A stretch of DNA of 63,270 bases, the filler included, from Asterionella formosa (Eukaryota): NCBI GenBank assembly GCA_002256025.1. It is 4 parts of 4 records of this genome, joined end to end, with 100 filler letters (N's around TTAATTAATTAA, not from the genome) between each part and the next. Parts side by side here need not be neighbours in the genome. Positions count along the whole stretch, not along the records: positions 20,681 to 41,245 come from NKIB01003301.1; positions 41,346 to 61,903 come from NKIB01003307.1; 2 more parts are not named here. The stretch is one strand, 5' to 3'. The number at the start of each line of letters is the position of its first letter. Position 1 is the stretch's first letter. Below are positions 36,830 to 50,000 of the stretch, in pieces. The position numbers and the translations under genes are program-made. The notes beneath the pieces were generated by a model. It worked only from the letters and a program-made list of their open reading frames with translations, was not told where the DNA came from and made no database searches.

Positions 36830-38060
36830 AAGGCTCCCCCAAAGAATCCAAAATCATTCTGGGCTGGGAAGTGAACACACGGCTACTACGACTTCGACTC
36901 CCACAGGATAAACTTACGTCCTGGAACGCGGAAATCGATCGCATCCTGCAACAAAAAACGGTTGATCATGACATTCTTGCAACAACAATTGGCCGCCTGA
37001 ACCATGCATCATACGTGATTCCTGTCGCCCGAGCGTTTTTATGCCATCTTCGACGCGCTGAAAGAAGAGCATGACTGAGCAAAAAGAGTTTAAAGTTAGA
37101 TGAGCTTCAATGCAAAGAGCTCCGGCAGTGGCTGGTTTTTCTACTACGCACAGCTTGCCACGGGATCAGTTTAAACCGATTAACACTGTGCGCTTTCACG
37201 GTAGTCCTATGCGCTGATGCCTGTCAACATGGCATTGGCGGTTTCTCTTCGACTTCTAGTTGAGCCTGGAGGTGGGAAGTTCCGACGAACTCCCAGGGCC
37301 GACTATCCTAAAACCTACTCGAATACTATTCGAGTATTCGAGTTGGAGGCAAGGTAGTACCTTGCCTCCATCACGACCATTGCAACAGCGGAGGCCACAG
37401 ACGAAATTCATCACGACGACTGTATTCTATCACAGCTTGATAGCTCGACGGCGGATTATTGGTTACACCGGTGGGGGGGGGNNNNNNNNNNCCCCCCCGC
37501 CCCCCCCCCGCCCGTTTCTACAGCCCCGACAAATCTACCCATCGAGATTCTGGATACCACAAAGCCTGCAGCTACAGTCAATGGATAGCCGGTGATGACA
37601 ACGTCATTGCCGACAACCTCTCCCGCGATCACCACCTTTCAACGCCCCGACTAACCCAACTCCTCCTCCACTCAGCAACTCACCAGATGCCCCCCAATTT
37701 CTCCATCTTGCCTACCCCCAGCGACATCGTCTCCAGACTTACCTCGTGGATGCAGATCGGGCGCGCTCCCAAGGACTTCACGCTAACACCAAAGCGAAGC
37801 TCAATCGCGTCTTTCGCATCTGGATCGAATTTCTCGCATCCATTCTTGGATTCTGTGACGTTTCCAACCCATTCCTGGTGGTCAACCTGTCCTCCAAACA
37901 ACGTACACGAGGACTCCTTGGAGCCTTCGCGCATGCGGTCAGGCAAGCCGAGTTCAGCACGGATCGAGACACTCCTCTGGCATCAGCAACAGTCCGTGAC
38001 ACCATCGCATCTCTATCTGCGACCTTTGTGGAACATGACAGAAATGACCCCGCTGAATCA
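36830..38060 (+). mobile_element. DIRS/Ngaro-like element, 3' part: RT end, RNase H and overlapping N-terminus of the tyrosine recombinase ORF (truncated)
   Basis: KIILGWEVNTR...LPQDK, IGRLNHAS, ADACQHGIGG and SQWIAGDDNVIADNLSRD. The overlapping frame 37746-38087 (RVFRIWIEFL...LGAFAHAVR...TVRDTIASLSATF..HDRNDP) resembles a YR N-terminus. The catalytic part is absent. Confidence 0.8.
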
Positions 38061-38099
38061 TTCCTTACAAACTTTTTATGTTCTTGATTGTAATAATCC

Positions 38100-38620
38100 C
38101 AGTCATGCGTTGTCAACTCTTGAAAACGAAAATAGTCTTGCCTACCTTCAATGTTGGGCTTACCCTCACTGTTTGATACTCATTCCTTTTCGATTGCGTT
38201 CTGTTGTTCAATATCAACAGGAAGCTCTCTGTAGTACTTCAGTGTTTCATCATTCCAGCAAAACGTCAACCCATTGACACGGCGTGAACTGTTTCCATTA
38301 AGGTTATTGCGTACCTTTGCAGATCCGCCAATCAAAACAAATTCTTCATAGGTAGTGGCATTAAGGAACCGTTCAGGAATATCAGTATCTTCATCCAGAT
38401 ACTGAAATTTTTCTGAACACTAAGTAAAGTATATGCCTCTGTGCTGGGATGAATGGAATCACCAACATGGGTGCCATCAAGAAGACACTTTCCTTGCTTG
38501 CTGAGCCTAGACGGCAAAACTCACCGCATTCTACACCTCCAGTTCTCAGCGTACAGAAATACCCATCCAGCCATTAAACACCAATGCGCATTGACGGTCG
38601 AATTTATTTAAAAAATTTAT
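38100..38620 (-). pseudogene. Fragment of a Plavaka-type accessory ORF homologue
   Basis: DSIHPSTEAYTLLSVQKNFSIW and NGLTFCWNDETLKYYREL are similar to 34113-34640. Confidence 0.5.
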
Positions 38621-38685
38621 TATCAACAAAGTACTCCGGTTGATACATGCATTGGTCCCCTCTATTCTTGCGTTACCAATATTTT

Positions 38686-40253
38686 AGAGCATCTCCACCG
38701 CATCGACCAAATACCAAAGCCAATTGCAGTTGAAAATATCAATCACGTCACTTGGTTGAGAAATGTTTTATCAATAGTCGAATTTTTCATTATTTTTCCC
38801 ACCGCATTGACCATATCCTAGAATAGTCAAATCTCGCGCCGAAACTTTTAGCGAATAGAAATAGCACTAGAATGTTATTACATGTGTATCGTTATATTAA
38901 TAAACCCGATTACTACCAATAAGAAAATGATGGGATGCACTGGGTGGTTTGTGGTAGCATACCAGGGTACTCATCCATATGTTTCTGCCTGATGAAATGA
39001 GCAACGATGGCGACTCATCAGATGACGACCGCTCCTACACTTCCGTACATACCAGTTAAACATGCCTACGGTATACAGGAAGATAACGAGAAAAGGCAAC
39101 CGAAGGAGGTGGCGGAGGATCAAAGGAAGTCGCTTAGCTACCGGTAGTCTGTACCTGTAGTTTTTTGAATAATTGTAGCACCACGTTTCCTGCAAATTCC
39201 TCATTCTTACGCAGCTAGTACTACGCCTATCTAAACTGACTATGCATTTGTATATTGGGTTTCTAGAATAGAAAAACCTTCCGTTTTTCCAATTAGCTAG
39301 AGTGATAGCCTAGCTTTCTAATCAATCATACTAGCATTGACATGTAATCTATATTATTTTTCCTTCATTTGGAATCATCTGCTACATCAAAATCATCAGT
39401 GGTGGATGACAGGTTGGACAGTGGAGTACTGGAAGCACATGAATTATTGAGATGCAATTGGATCACACCTAATCCCTCCTTCATTTTTTTTCATTAAACG
39501 ACATTGCCTTTATCGGCTGATTAATTAACCATCGACACAGTAAACTGTTACACAATATACCCATCATGGCATGCAAGGGAAGAAGATATCGATACTAGCC
39601 AGGGACATGCAGCAGTCTGCCAACAATGACACATCACGGTACATGAGAAACAATGCTGCCTTGACGAAACTCGCATATTGCTATCGATTGTTGCTCTTGA
39701 CAGCGCCAAAATAATCCAACTTTGGTTCTGTCTGAAACCAACGATGAATCATCCTCGTTGGCTGCTGCTCCTGCTGCTCCTGCGGCTCCTGCTCCTTCTC
39801 ATGTAACATCCTGCTTTGACAACAATGGATGACGATATCTTATTGGGATTGTCAAAGACTCGAAGGACAACATTTTATAGATAGCTGCCGGTATTATTCA
39901 AAGGTTTTTGTACTTAAGTTTATTATTTGTCTACATCAAGAGAGTAAGGTAAATGTGTATTGTAAGCGTTTGTGGATCAATTAAACAGTTGACGTTATGT
40001 TGCCAGCGCGAGCCACAATCTAAACCAATAGAAATGCTCCTTTTATTTGGCTACAGTCGGAGTCTAATCGACCAAATACCTGATATTTGGTCGATAAGGG
40101 GGTCATCCTCGATCAAGACCAAAGCATATTTGGTCTTGGTCCATGCGGTGGCTAAAATAATTTTGCTTTTTCGACCAACACAAGGCATCACGACGTGTAA
40201 TGACCCGCAACTTCAATTGGCTTGGTATTTGGTCGATGCGGTGGCGATGCTCT
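38686..40253. mobile_element. Non-autonomous PIF/Harbinger (Tourist-like) element, about 1.57 kb
   Basis: TIRs of at least 30 bp: AGAGCATCTCCACCGCATCGACCAAATACCAA and TTGGTATTTGGTCGATGCGGTGGCGATGCTCT. Flanks are TTT/TTA (TWA-like, one mismatch). Confidence 0.8.
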
Positions 40254-40483
40254 TTAGCAATGGACTCAAAAAGCCATTTACGATATTTAGCTTATTCTTG
40301 GATCGACGAGGTGGGGGCGGAGACGATGCACTCATACATAAATCATTGACTTCACATACGGTACTTCATATGTAGAGAGCAAGAAAAATTCCGTAGACCA
40401 TGCATACCGGTATGAATACGCAATATTAGTTAGTACCATGGTACCTGCCGGTATTTTGACTGTATGTACAGTACTATTTATAC

Positions 40484-41245
40484 TGATGATCATTATTACT
40501 ATGAATTTTATTTAGATTGATGTGATTCGTGTTGAGGGGAACCTTATCGTGAATAAAGGTGAACTACAATATTATGACTATTCTATTGCTGTTCCAAGTA
40601 CATCGTTGTTAGCACTCACGCATGTACCTAATCTGGTGGCTGCGCCAGTATGGTTCGTACGGTGCATGTATGAAGCATCATATGCAGATATTAACACACC
40701 CTCACCAACAGATGCAGGCAGAAGAACAGGAGCGGGGGTGGAGATGATATCAGCATCGGAAGCCAAGCATGCATAATAGTTAGGAGGACTAGAGAGGGAT
40801 GGAGGGCAATGGAGATAGTGCGGGCGCATCAACATATGATGGGAAGCGGGATGATGTTTAGTGAAATAATCAGCACGATTCAAACTACCTTTTTTCCAGT
40901 ATACAAGAAATTGGCCTTGGCGAACCCGATCGCGTACCCAGTAATAACGCATATCCATAGCTTTGGAACGTTTTTGTTGGACAGTATCATTGGCGATGCC
41001 ACTGGCAGTGCTATTATCGGTGACAATACGGGTAGAAGGTTGGGGATGACCAAGCTCAGCAAGAATGGTGCGAATAGCATATGCCTCTTTGCCATTGTGG
41101 AATAAAGCAGCTAATTCGGCCTCAGCAGCACTTGATACAACCTCCTTAAGAATTTGACAGTGGACGTAAATAGCACCGTTAAGAGGAGGGATGGATGTAG
41201 TGAGGCTAGGTGGAGACACGGGTTTACAGCTGAGAAAGTGAATGC
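40484..41245 (-). mobile_element. Ty1/Copia retrotransposon 3' end: RNase H, PPT and 3' LTR (40484-40696)
   Basis: SSAAEAELAALFHNGKEA...TDNSTASGIANDTVQQKRSKAMDMRYYWVRDR...ADYFTKHH. The PPT GGTGAGGGTG precedes an LTR TGTTAAT...ATCATCA of about 213 bp. Confidence 0.93.
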
Positions 41246-41345
41246 NNNNNNNNNNNNNNNNNNNNNNNNNNNNNNNNNNNNNNNNNNNNTTAATTAATTA
41301 ANNNNNNNNNNNNNNNNNNNNNNNNNNNNNNNNNNNNNNNNNNNN
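41246..41345. other. Artificial contig spacer
   Basis: N44-TTAATTAATTAA-N44. Confidence 0.97.
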
Positions 41346-44300
41346 TGGTTGAAATAACATGGAATCATGCATATTCAGTGGCCATACTGATCTGCAATGG
41401 TGCTTTGGTGCCAGTATAGAAAGATTCCGAGAACCCAGCCAATTTCTTCAGGTATATGGAATTCTTGTGGAAGATATCCTGTATCGGTGCATAACAATGC
41501 CAATCCTATTCTGCATCCGGGGATGATGCAGTACTTACGGGCAAGGTGAAATACTTGATCATAATGTTCATCCAAACTTGCATCTTTTCCTGGATCACGG
41601 ACTTGACATAATCCATCATTTATAGCAAAAAGATAATGCACAAAATGATTGTTTTCCTCCTCATCTGATCTTTTGCAATACACAATTAGCACATAGTTAC
41701 TTTCTTGATGAAGTGGATGACAATCACCTTGGTATATATATGGATTGTTATTAACCTTTTCTGGGTTCTCATCAAGATCAAATATAGCTAACCTTTACAT
41801 CACTTGGATGAAGTTCATGAATTATATAATGGATCATAGAGGTAATTGTTTCAAGGTCCCAATATGCAAGATCTTTAAAATCTGAACATGATTTTTTGAT
41901 ACCTTTGACTCCATAAAATACAGAGGAGTAATTGCATATATCTTTTGTGGGGCACGAGTGTACAAATCTTTCCACAATTTTAGTTGTCCATGCGATTTCG
42001 GCAAACTCAAGGAAAATGCCATTTGTTTTGGCATAATAACTCTACACATTTCACATGCCGACTCTTCACAAAAGTAGCTAGCTGCCTTCGGGATTGTTCT
42101 CGATAATTTTACAAAGAAATTCTTTTTCTTCCATGTATGATTTGGAAAAAGATTCAATTTTGTTCTTCTGACTTCGTTCCAGACTCAGTGCATCAACTGT
42201 CTTAGCCAGCATCACATCTCTGTCTGCATTGATCTTATTGAATTCGAGGTCTTGATCTAGTAGCGCAGACTCTTTCTTGAATATCTTTTCTTTTAGAAAT
42301 GCAATAGTTTCTCTGCTTTTATGATGGTCATCTTGATGTTCTGGACAAATAGCAATGAGACATATTTCTTTGTTTTGCGATTTTTCAACCATTTCTACTT
42401 CTGAAGTGTTGTCAGCCACGTTTCTGCCGATATTTTCATTCATCGCATGAATTTGTTCATCAAATGAATGAGAATCACTGAGTTCTTCTTCATTATCAGC
42501 GATTTCGGGAGAATGAGGAGCAAAATACGACACTGGATGGTGGAACTGTGACTCTGTACGAATAGAATCTTCATCCACAAAGACCAAGCAACTGTTTGGG
42601 TTTCCTTGGCTCTTCGAAAGCAATCTTTCCTTCTTTTCAATCTCAGCCACTATTGTATCGGCATACTTCATTATTTTTTCTGGAGTATTATGAATCTGTT
42701 CAAATTCATTTGATCTTTGAGTGTATTCAAAGGAATCTTCGATTGATTTCATAACTTCCTTCATCTTCTTTTCCGAAAACATAAAAACGTATAGTGTAAA
42801 CAATGGAAGTAAGTCTCGTTTCTTGTTTGACTGGTCCTTTCCATGAAATCCGTGAAATGCCATTTCGAAAGTTGTCGAAGGGCCAGAAGACTATGATGTA
42901 AAACAGTGGAAGGTAAATGCGGAGCTTTTCGCGGAGCTTATTGCGGCGCCTGTGGAGGTGGAACTTGTGTGATGGTTACCGAGTGTAGTAATTGTTGAAC
43001 AGGGCAGAGCACAGTGTAATATGCATGTTCCGCCAGCATAGTGTTTACACAATACACATGCCGGCATATATACTAGCTAAAACAAGGAAAGACAACACGA
43101 CAATGAACATGATGGCTGGTTGTTGAGGATACCAGTATGTGATATGCATCAATACATGTCACAAATCATATTATAGTGATGTACATATCAACGCATCTGT
43201 ACACTTAGATCCTATCCACTGTATAATACTATCATATTAAGTGTTGACTTTAACTGTATACATTAAACGACAAACATATATATTAATTAACATACTTTAT
43301 GATTGCTTGATTTATTTTCTATGATGTCTTGGTAACACTTGCGTACATATTTTATCGTATTTTATTGTCATTGTATTATTTTAGCATAATTATATTTTGA
43401 TCAAAATTATATCATAAACATTTTATAAAATCATCATAGTTTTATGATCAATGTATCATAGCTATGTGATGTACTTTATTCAATATTACGTATCATACTT
43501 TGGTGTTGTATGCATCGATGTAACCCTATCATGATATCACGTTATCATCTTATCAATCATGATGAGATGATTTGGAAGCAACTGTATTCTGTATCATGCT
43601 ACGGGGTATATTATTATATCACGCAATTTAGTAGCTAAGTCACTCCGCCTGTAATGCACTAAAGTCGACAGTGCACATACCGATACTCAAACGCTAATCA
43701 GGTTTGAGGCAACGGACAGTGGTTCGAACGAGCGAATGATGATACGGTACCAATTTTTCCAACGAAAGAACTTGTCTCTCTATTGATGAGGATGACATGG
43801 ACACCGACTTTTCCAGGAGCAAACAACAACGAAGAGACCCACTTGTCGCTCTATTGATGGTAACAAAGATGCGGACAAGTTCAACAGTGAATACAAAGAA
43901 CAACATAGTACCATTGAAAACAAGTCGACAGTGTGTGCATGCACACGCCAAGCAAGTTTGAGGCAACAGACAGTTCCAACAAGCAAATGACGATACAGAT
44001 ATCAAATTTTTCCTACGAGCAAACAACAATGAAAAGAGCCACTTGCTTTCGCTCTCTTGATGGTATCAGAGATGCGGACAAGTTCAATAGTTAATTCAAG
44101 TAGCTACAGTATGCCAAATGCAGAAACGAGCGAGCGATATGAAAATGAAATGCGTTCTAATCAGAATCATTCTATAACTATACTAGCTATGTGAACAGTA
44201 GTCTGTTACGCACATTTTCGTATCTCTTTCTATGCTGAATCGAAATAGTAGATGTAGTATCATGTGAGAATTGAAAATTTCAACGAGAACAAGTAGAATG

Positions 44301-44818
44301 TGTTTGTTTTCGGGTTGATTGTCGAAATTGTCATGCTGAAGTCGACGAAACGGATTTACTTTGTGCGCTGTGTGCGGAACCATTACGAGTTCGAATGATT
44401 TCTTCTCTCCTGCAAACTCTTAATTGAATGATTATGAACAAAGGTTCACTGCACATGACGATTACTCGAAGATATAATGATAACTTGACCAACAAATTGT
44501 AGACGTTATCGCAAACATTCATTCCGCTTGTCATCGCTAGTATTTCGTTGTTGTTGCAAAAATCGGAGTGATGATGGATGGAAATGACGAGCCAAATTAC
44601 ATTACTTGAACTGGTACATTATCCTACCAAGAAATTCGAATACAAGAATCAAATAGAAACAATACATATAATAATTAAATATATGTAGTCAAAAGGGTTA
44701 CTATTTAAATTACAAAGGCATTTATCAAAATTATTAGATGATATAACGAAAAATCATGATCAGATGATCACAATCCTATGATGCATCATGGAAATATGAT
44801 AGTTTTTATTTACAGACG
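41346..44818 (+). mobile_element. Second Plavaka-like copy (inverted relative to 26517-36829; truncated by spacer), including the Ulp1-like gene
   Basis: Reverse complement of about 26517-29725. Ends in ...TTTTTATTTACAGACG at 44818. Confidence 0.9.
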
Positions 44819-45396
44819 GAATGTTCCCAGTTGTTCCCTGTGAGATTGCTAAGATGGTGGCAGAAATAGACTTTGTGGTCGAGAGGACCGATCATTGTGT
44901 GGAAGCTGAAAAGGGTGTTGGTGAGGATGGTTTGGCGGGATTCTGGCGTGGTTGCTTGGTCTAGCGAGGTTGCGAAATGGTGGAACTCAGTCAAGAGTTT
45001 GTTGCGCGCAACGAGAGTATCTGTAAAATAGTTCTTCCAGGTGTTTGCGAGAATCATGTTGCTAGAGATGTTGTTTATTGATTTAGACTATAAATTGCGA
45101 AAGGCTTGGCGATGCTTTAGACTGCTTCTCTGAATCGTTATTCAAAGAATTGTGTGCTTCACCCCTGTACTACTACTTTCTTGTTTAACCTCGCGTGGTT
45201 GCTGTCTTCTTCCCTTGTTGTCTTAGCTGCCGATTCTTGGTTGTTCGATTCAACTCTAAAAGCTAGAACTTAATAGTCGCGTTGTCGCCATATTAATTTC
45301 TCAGCTTCGACTCCTTCGATTCGCATCGCGTGGTTTTTCTAGTGCGTCCGGTGCTCGTCTGGTATAACTCCATCGCGTCTGTCCTTGTCCGTAATA
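44819..45396 (-). mobile_element. 5' end of a second DIRS/Ngaro-like copy, cut by the Plavaka insertion
   Basis: Homologous to 22811-23995 without the MITE. ORF MILANTWKNYFTDTL...TEFHHFA...HLSNLTGNNW matches the 23780 ORF. Confidence 0.85.
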
Positions 45397-46363
45397 AAAA
45401 GTCTGCTATGTCCAATCTAAGATGTACCGGTGAAAGGTACTTGGTAGCGTATGCATGTACTACCAGGTACCGATTTTACATATTTGTTATTTACATGTAT
45501 ATTCATGTTCAATCTCGTGTACCGGACGGTACCTGGTACCTGGTACATGATTATATTCTACGAAATGTATGCTTCTACACGTTTCACTGATAACACGTAC
45601 GTACCCATGTATATTATTGAACAAGTCTCTACAATGCGAGTAAGAATCATCAGTAGACCTGCCAGGTACCGGTATACTATACTGGTTGTATGTAGACGAG
45701 ACTTTGAGATGCATATGAAATAGGACATTTACCATCTATTTTATGTAGGTCCTCTTTCTAGTAATACATATTGTACCATAGCTCCTCAGCCTTTCCAATT
45801 GCAAGTGTCAAGAAAACAATGAGGACAAAAATCACCAATAATGTGTTCCTCTCAGGCTTTGCAGGTAACTCAGCCTTCCCAATTGGTTGAGGTTTGGTCT
45901 TTCCAGTGGCCTTCCCATTTGCTAGTAGAGGCACGAAAATAACAACGAGAATCCCAAAGGTTTCAAGAAAACAGCATCGAGAATCCCAAATCAGGTTTCC
46001 TTGTAGGACTTGTATATAAAGTAATGTGGCTGGGGAGTTACAATTGCGAATTTCGGTTTGCTTATTGATTAGCAATCTCATCTCATAAATCGAGAACACT
46101 GAAAAGACGAGACTAAAAAAGACGGAAGTAAACCAAAGGAACAAGTGCACTTGCTTGATTGAAGAAAAGGGTAAGTTCATGCAGCCAATCATTATTTCAA
46201 GAGAAAAATTAATTTGCAAGAATACAAGGGGCTCCAAATAATATTGGAGGAAGATATCACCAGCAGTAGGTCTTGTTTTGACATGATACTAGTTTTACAT
46301 CTCACAAAAATCCTCTCCTGCGTTTGGAAAAGATTCACTGAATCAAAGAAAAGCTGTAGCAGA

Positions 46364-46759
46364 ATGATACACAAGCCCATTCTAACCAACCGATGTGTCT
46401 ATGCACTCTTTTTCATTATGTTGATGGTGTCAAGTTTGGTGTCTGCAGATGTTTCCGTTGTGCAAGCCGCTAGCAATTCTACAAACAACAGGAAGAATGG
46501 CGCAAAAATGACTCTTGCAGAAGCTGCTGATAAGTTCGGCCTTGTCAATTCAACCAATGAAGGTGTAGGAGGTGGACGGTCGCTGCAGTATGGCAGCTGT
46601 AGGTACTACAGTTCGGGAATAGGCGTGAATTCCTATAGCAGGGCAAGATCGGTTTGCATTTCCAACCTCTTGACAGTATGCAGTGAAGATTGCCCTTACC
46701 GTCAGTCAACTACCAAGTATTGGTATAGTGGAGTGTACCTTGCTTGTCGCTGTTTCTAA
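46364..46759 (+). CDS. Small secreted prepropeptide (131 aa) with a six-Cys C-terminal peptide
   Basis: ATG at 46364; hydrophobic signal ending LVSA|D; pro-region; GGRSL|Q site; then a C..C..CxxxC..CxC peptide and stop. Confidence 0.75.
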   Translation: MIHKPILTNRCVYALFFIMLMVSSLVSADVSVVQAASNSTNNRKNGAKMTLAEAADKFGLVNSTNEGVGGGRSLQYGSCRYYSSGIGVNSYSRARSVCISNLLTVCSEDCPYRQSTTKYWYSGVYLACRCF

Positions 46760-47079
46760 ACAATCAAGCAAACCGTCTGGCAGTTCTTAAAACTGGAGTA
46801 TCACCTTAGAAGTCGTTGTTGATGGTTTTTCGGATGCTTTTCCATTGCTGACGCATACATTTGAAGTTTCCTAACAGCTGAATTAGATCACCGTTTATCA
46901 ATCGTTAGTTTTGATGTAGAAACATAATTATAACTTTATGCTGCTTTTGAGGAAATCAAAAACGTGCTACTCTGTCAGCCCTGAAGAGTGATGTGATATT
47001 AGAAATTCACCATCACACAAACTGACTATGGATACAGTCATGGTCAATGAAGAGAACTCCACATCTATTGTGATGATGA

Positions 47080-50000
47080 CGTCTGTAAATAAAAACTATC
47101 ATGAATATAGGATCAAGGGTATTGTACGCTAAGTAGTTTTTCGATCAAAAATAGAACAATGTATCATATAATTATGATCATGCAGTAAATTTTTACCGAG
47201 CTTATGATGATACTATCATAGTTATAATACCATTGCATCATATAATTAGTTATACATGGTCATATGATGTGTATACTTTTGTCATACATCTATCTTATTA
47301 GCATGATCGTCATTCTCATCGATATCACTGTCTAAAATAGGATGAAATTGATCGAAATTTAGAACTATATTTAAGAATGGTTTTATGTTTCTATATCTTG
47401 AATGGCTACAGAATGTTCTACAATGCTCTCATCGCAATGATTGGTGCTTCAGCTTTCACTTCCAATTTCCCCCCAATCCAATTCTGAAGGTTGTTGTGCT
47501 GGTTGCCTTGCCGTTGTTGTTACCCTGCTTTGTTCCATTTACTCCTGAGGGTTCTGAGTTTGCATTCACGCATTTTCCTATTACTATTGAATCCGTGTCG
47601 TTTTCCCAATCATACTAACAAAGAGAAGCAATTCATTGTTAGCTGTTCATGTTTTGCTTACACAACAACATTCATTTCGCTTCTATCTTCACTTACCACA
47701 AATTAAAGGAAGTAACTGATGCATATTTCTGTAAAAGAATGTGTCAGTTGAAGATTCAATGGCTGAGAAAGTACTATCGATCAATAAATGGGCTCCAACA
47801 CTGCTGTTTGTATCTTACAAATACTGGCTGTTTGTCTGCCATTGTTACTATCCTGAAAGAAGCAACACATATGTGTCAGTTTTTCTAACAGTTGTGGATT
47901 GATCCAAAGATGGCTGATAGCACTTACCGATTTCTTTTGTCCACATTGATGGTTGGCCAGCCACCAAATCGAAAAGGAGCTATTGAATCACTGAAAGGGG
48001 ACGAGTCATTCCGTATTTTTAATCCCAGCAGTTGATCGTCCTGGCATGTGCTCTTGACAAACCGTGATGCTATGCACAGCTTGTTGATTCCACCCTTCTC
48101 CATCATATTCACTCATTCTTATCGTGCTGTCATATTGTTACTTCAGTTTTTCGCATCATGTGATGCTTGAGATCCTTCGCTCATTTGAGGAAGTGGATGC
48201 AGCATGACAAGGAACATGAAAGGCATTTGCTCTTGACTTACCATCAATTGATTCCGCCCTTCTCTACTAAGCCGCAAGTATCATTGTGCTGTATTATCAC
48301 TTTCGTTTTCTGCTTCATCATGTGTGATGATCCTTCATTTCAGGAGCAAAGTGTATGCATGACAAGGAACCACATGAAAACATGATTTCAAATGTTTCAG
48401 CCATAAATACTACATATATATATATAGATTTGTAAGAAGTTTAAATGTAAATATAGTTGAACATTTGCATAGTTTGAAACACGCTCATTATACGGCACAT
48501 CCTGTGTATACTAATATCAATTTTGATTATACATAATTCAAATATGAACAATGCATGATGATTTCATAGCTTTCCACTATCTGTTGAATTTTTTCAATTT
48601 GTTCTGTGTCAATTCTTGTACCTACAAGTCAGTGGCTGATTAAATAAAGCCCCTTAATCAACGGGAGTCATCACCAATTTTTCAAATGGTCGAAATCATA
48701 CATTTATGTGTATAGACATATTGACCAAAATTAACATGGCCTACCGGTAGTACTGTATAATTGCTGGTAATTACTTCCATCATGGAAATACCACAATAGT
48801 GCACCGGAAAACTGAATATGCTGATGTGTTTGCTTAGGATCATTTGATCATATTTCTAAGATCAATTAATCCTGATTCTTGAAAAACAAATTTGATCTTT
48901 CAATTTCTCATCAACGACACCGTTTATCATATGATCAATATGTTATGATCAAAGGTATAGGATAAACAAATCTAAATTCATTGATTAAAGATCATAGTTT
49001 ATACCGGAGTAGTTGCTCATGCATGCAACAACCCCTTCCCCCCTGTATACAGTACGGAAGTGATAACCCCCAAGCTACCAAATTTTTATGTCTTGTGAGA
49101 ATTATCGCAGCATGCATGAATACATGACTCCTACTGGTTTATACAATGCGGAAATGATAACCACCAGACTACCAATCCTATAGATCCTGTAGAATTATCG
49201 CAACATGGCGCTGCATATCTAATGAAAGGGCGGGAGGAGTCATCCATGCACCTGTATAGTATGAAATATGGAAATGATCAAATATAGCTAGTCTACACAA
49301 GGAGAAGTGCATCATATATGCCCTGTTATTTTAATTCCTATGAAATCTCTTGATCTGTTCTGCGCTTTTTCGCCACAGTTGTTTTCATTGGCTGTTTCAC
49401 TAGACAGCATTCGAATTGATTGTGTTTTGAACGAAGCAATGATCAAAGTCCACCTCATTGCAGAATGGTGAGTCTCACAACTAAGTATCAGCCAGCAGTC
49501 GATTAAAATTGGACTGTCTTTTGTGCACCCTCGCTCATTGTGTTTGTACTTGACTTGGCAGCTGTCAGCCAAGAGCAGACATGGCATGTCACCATTTATT
49601 GTCTATACAAGTTTCGAATGCGTTCAGCTATGATGATATCTTTTGCTCCCCCCTCCTAAACACTATCTCACCACCCTTGTCATAGATTTTTCTTTATCCT
49701 TTGGCTTCACAGGCCCAGATTACTCAATGCCTTCATCTGCAAGGAGTTCAGCCAAGCAGGCCCACGTTGGCGTCAAGAAAACCTCAACCCCGATTTTCCT
49801 CACATGCTCCACCCATTGACTTCTTCATTGATGAATTCGAGGTAGCTATATTGCTTGACGACATCAGGTGGCGCAGGCTTGTGTATAGATTGATGATGCT
49901 GAAAGCATTGCTTCCTTTTCCCATAGGTACCTATTTGTCAACATTGTTTGGGTCAATCTATTCTTGTTCCCGCAAGACCAGCAGAAGCAATTTTCCCTTT

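Noticed and set aside
37473..37510. Poly-G/N/poly-C tract as a G-quadruplex or hairpin
   Set aside because: It surrounds a 10-N gap and is probably a scaffolding or sequencing artefact.
20454..40696. Two LTR copies bracketing 20 kb as one retroelement
   Set aside because: They are in opposite orientation and on different contigs.
26517..44818. Apparent giant inverted repeat (26.5-29.7 kb versus 41.3-44.8 kb) suggesting a Polinton or virus-like element
   Set aside because: The arms are diverged copies of one transposon on different contigs separated by an artificial spacer. No polB, capsid or integrase is present.
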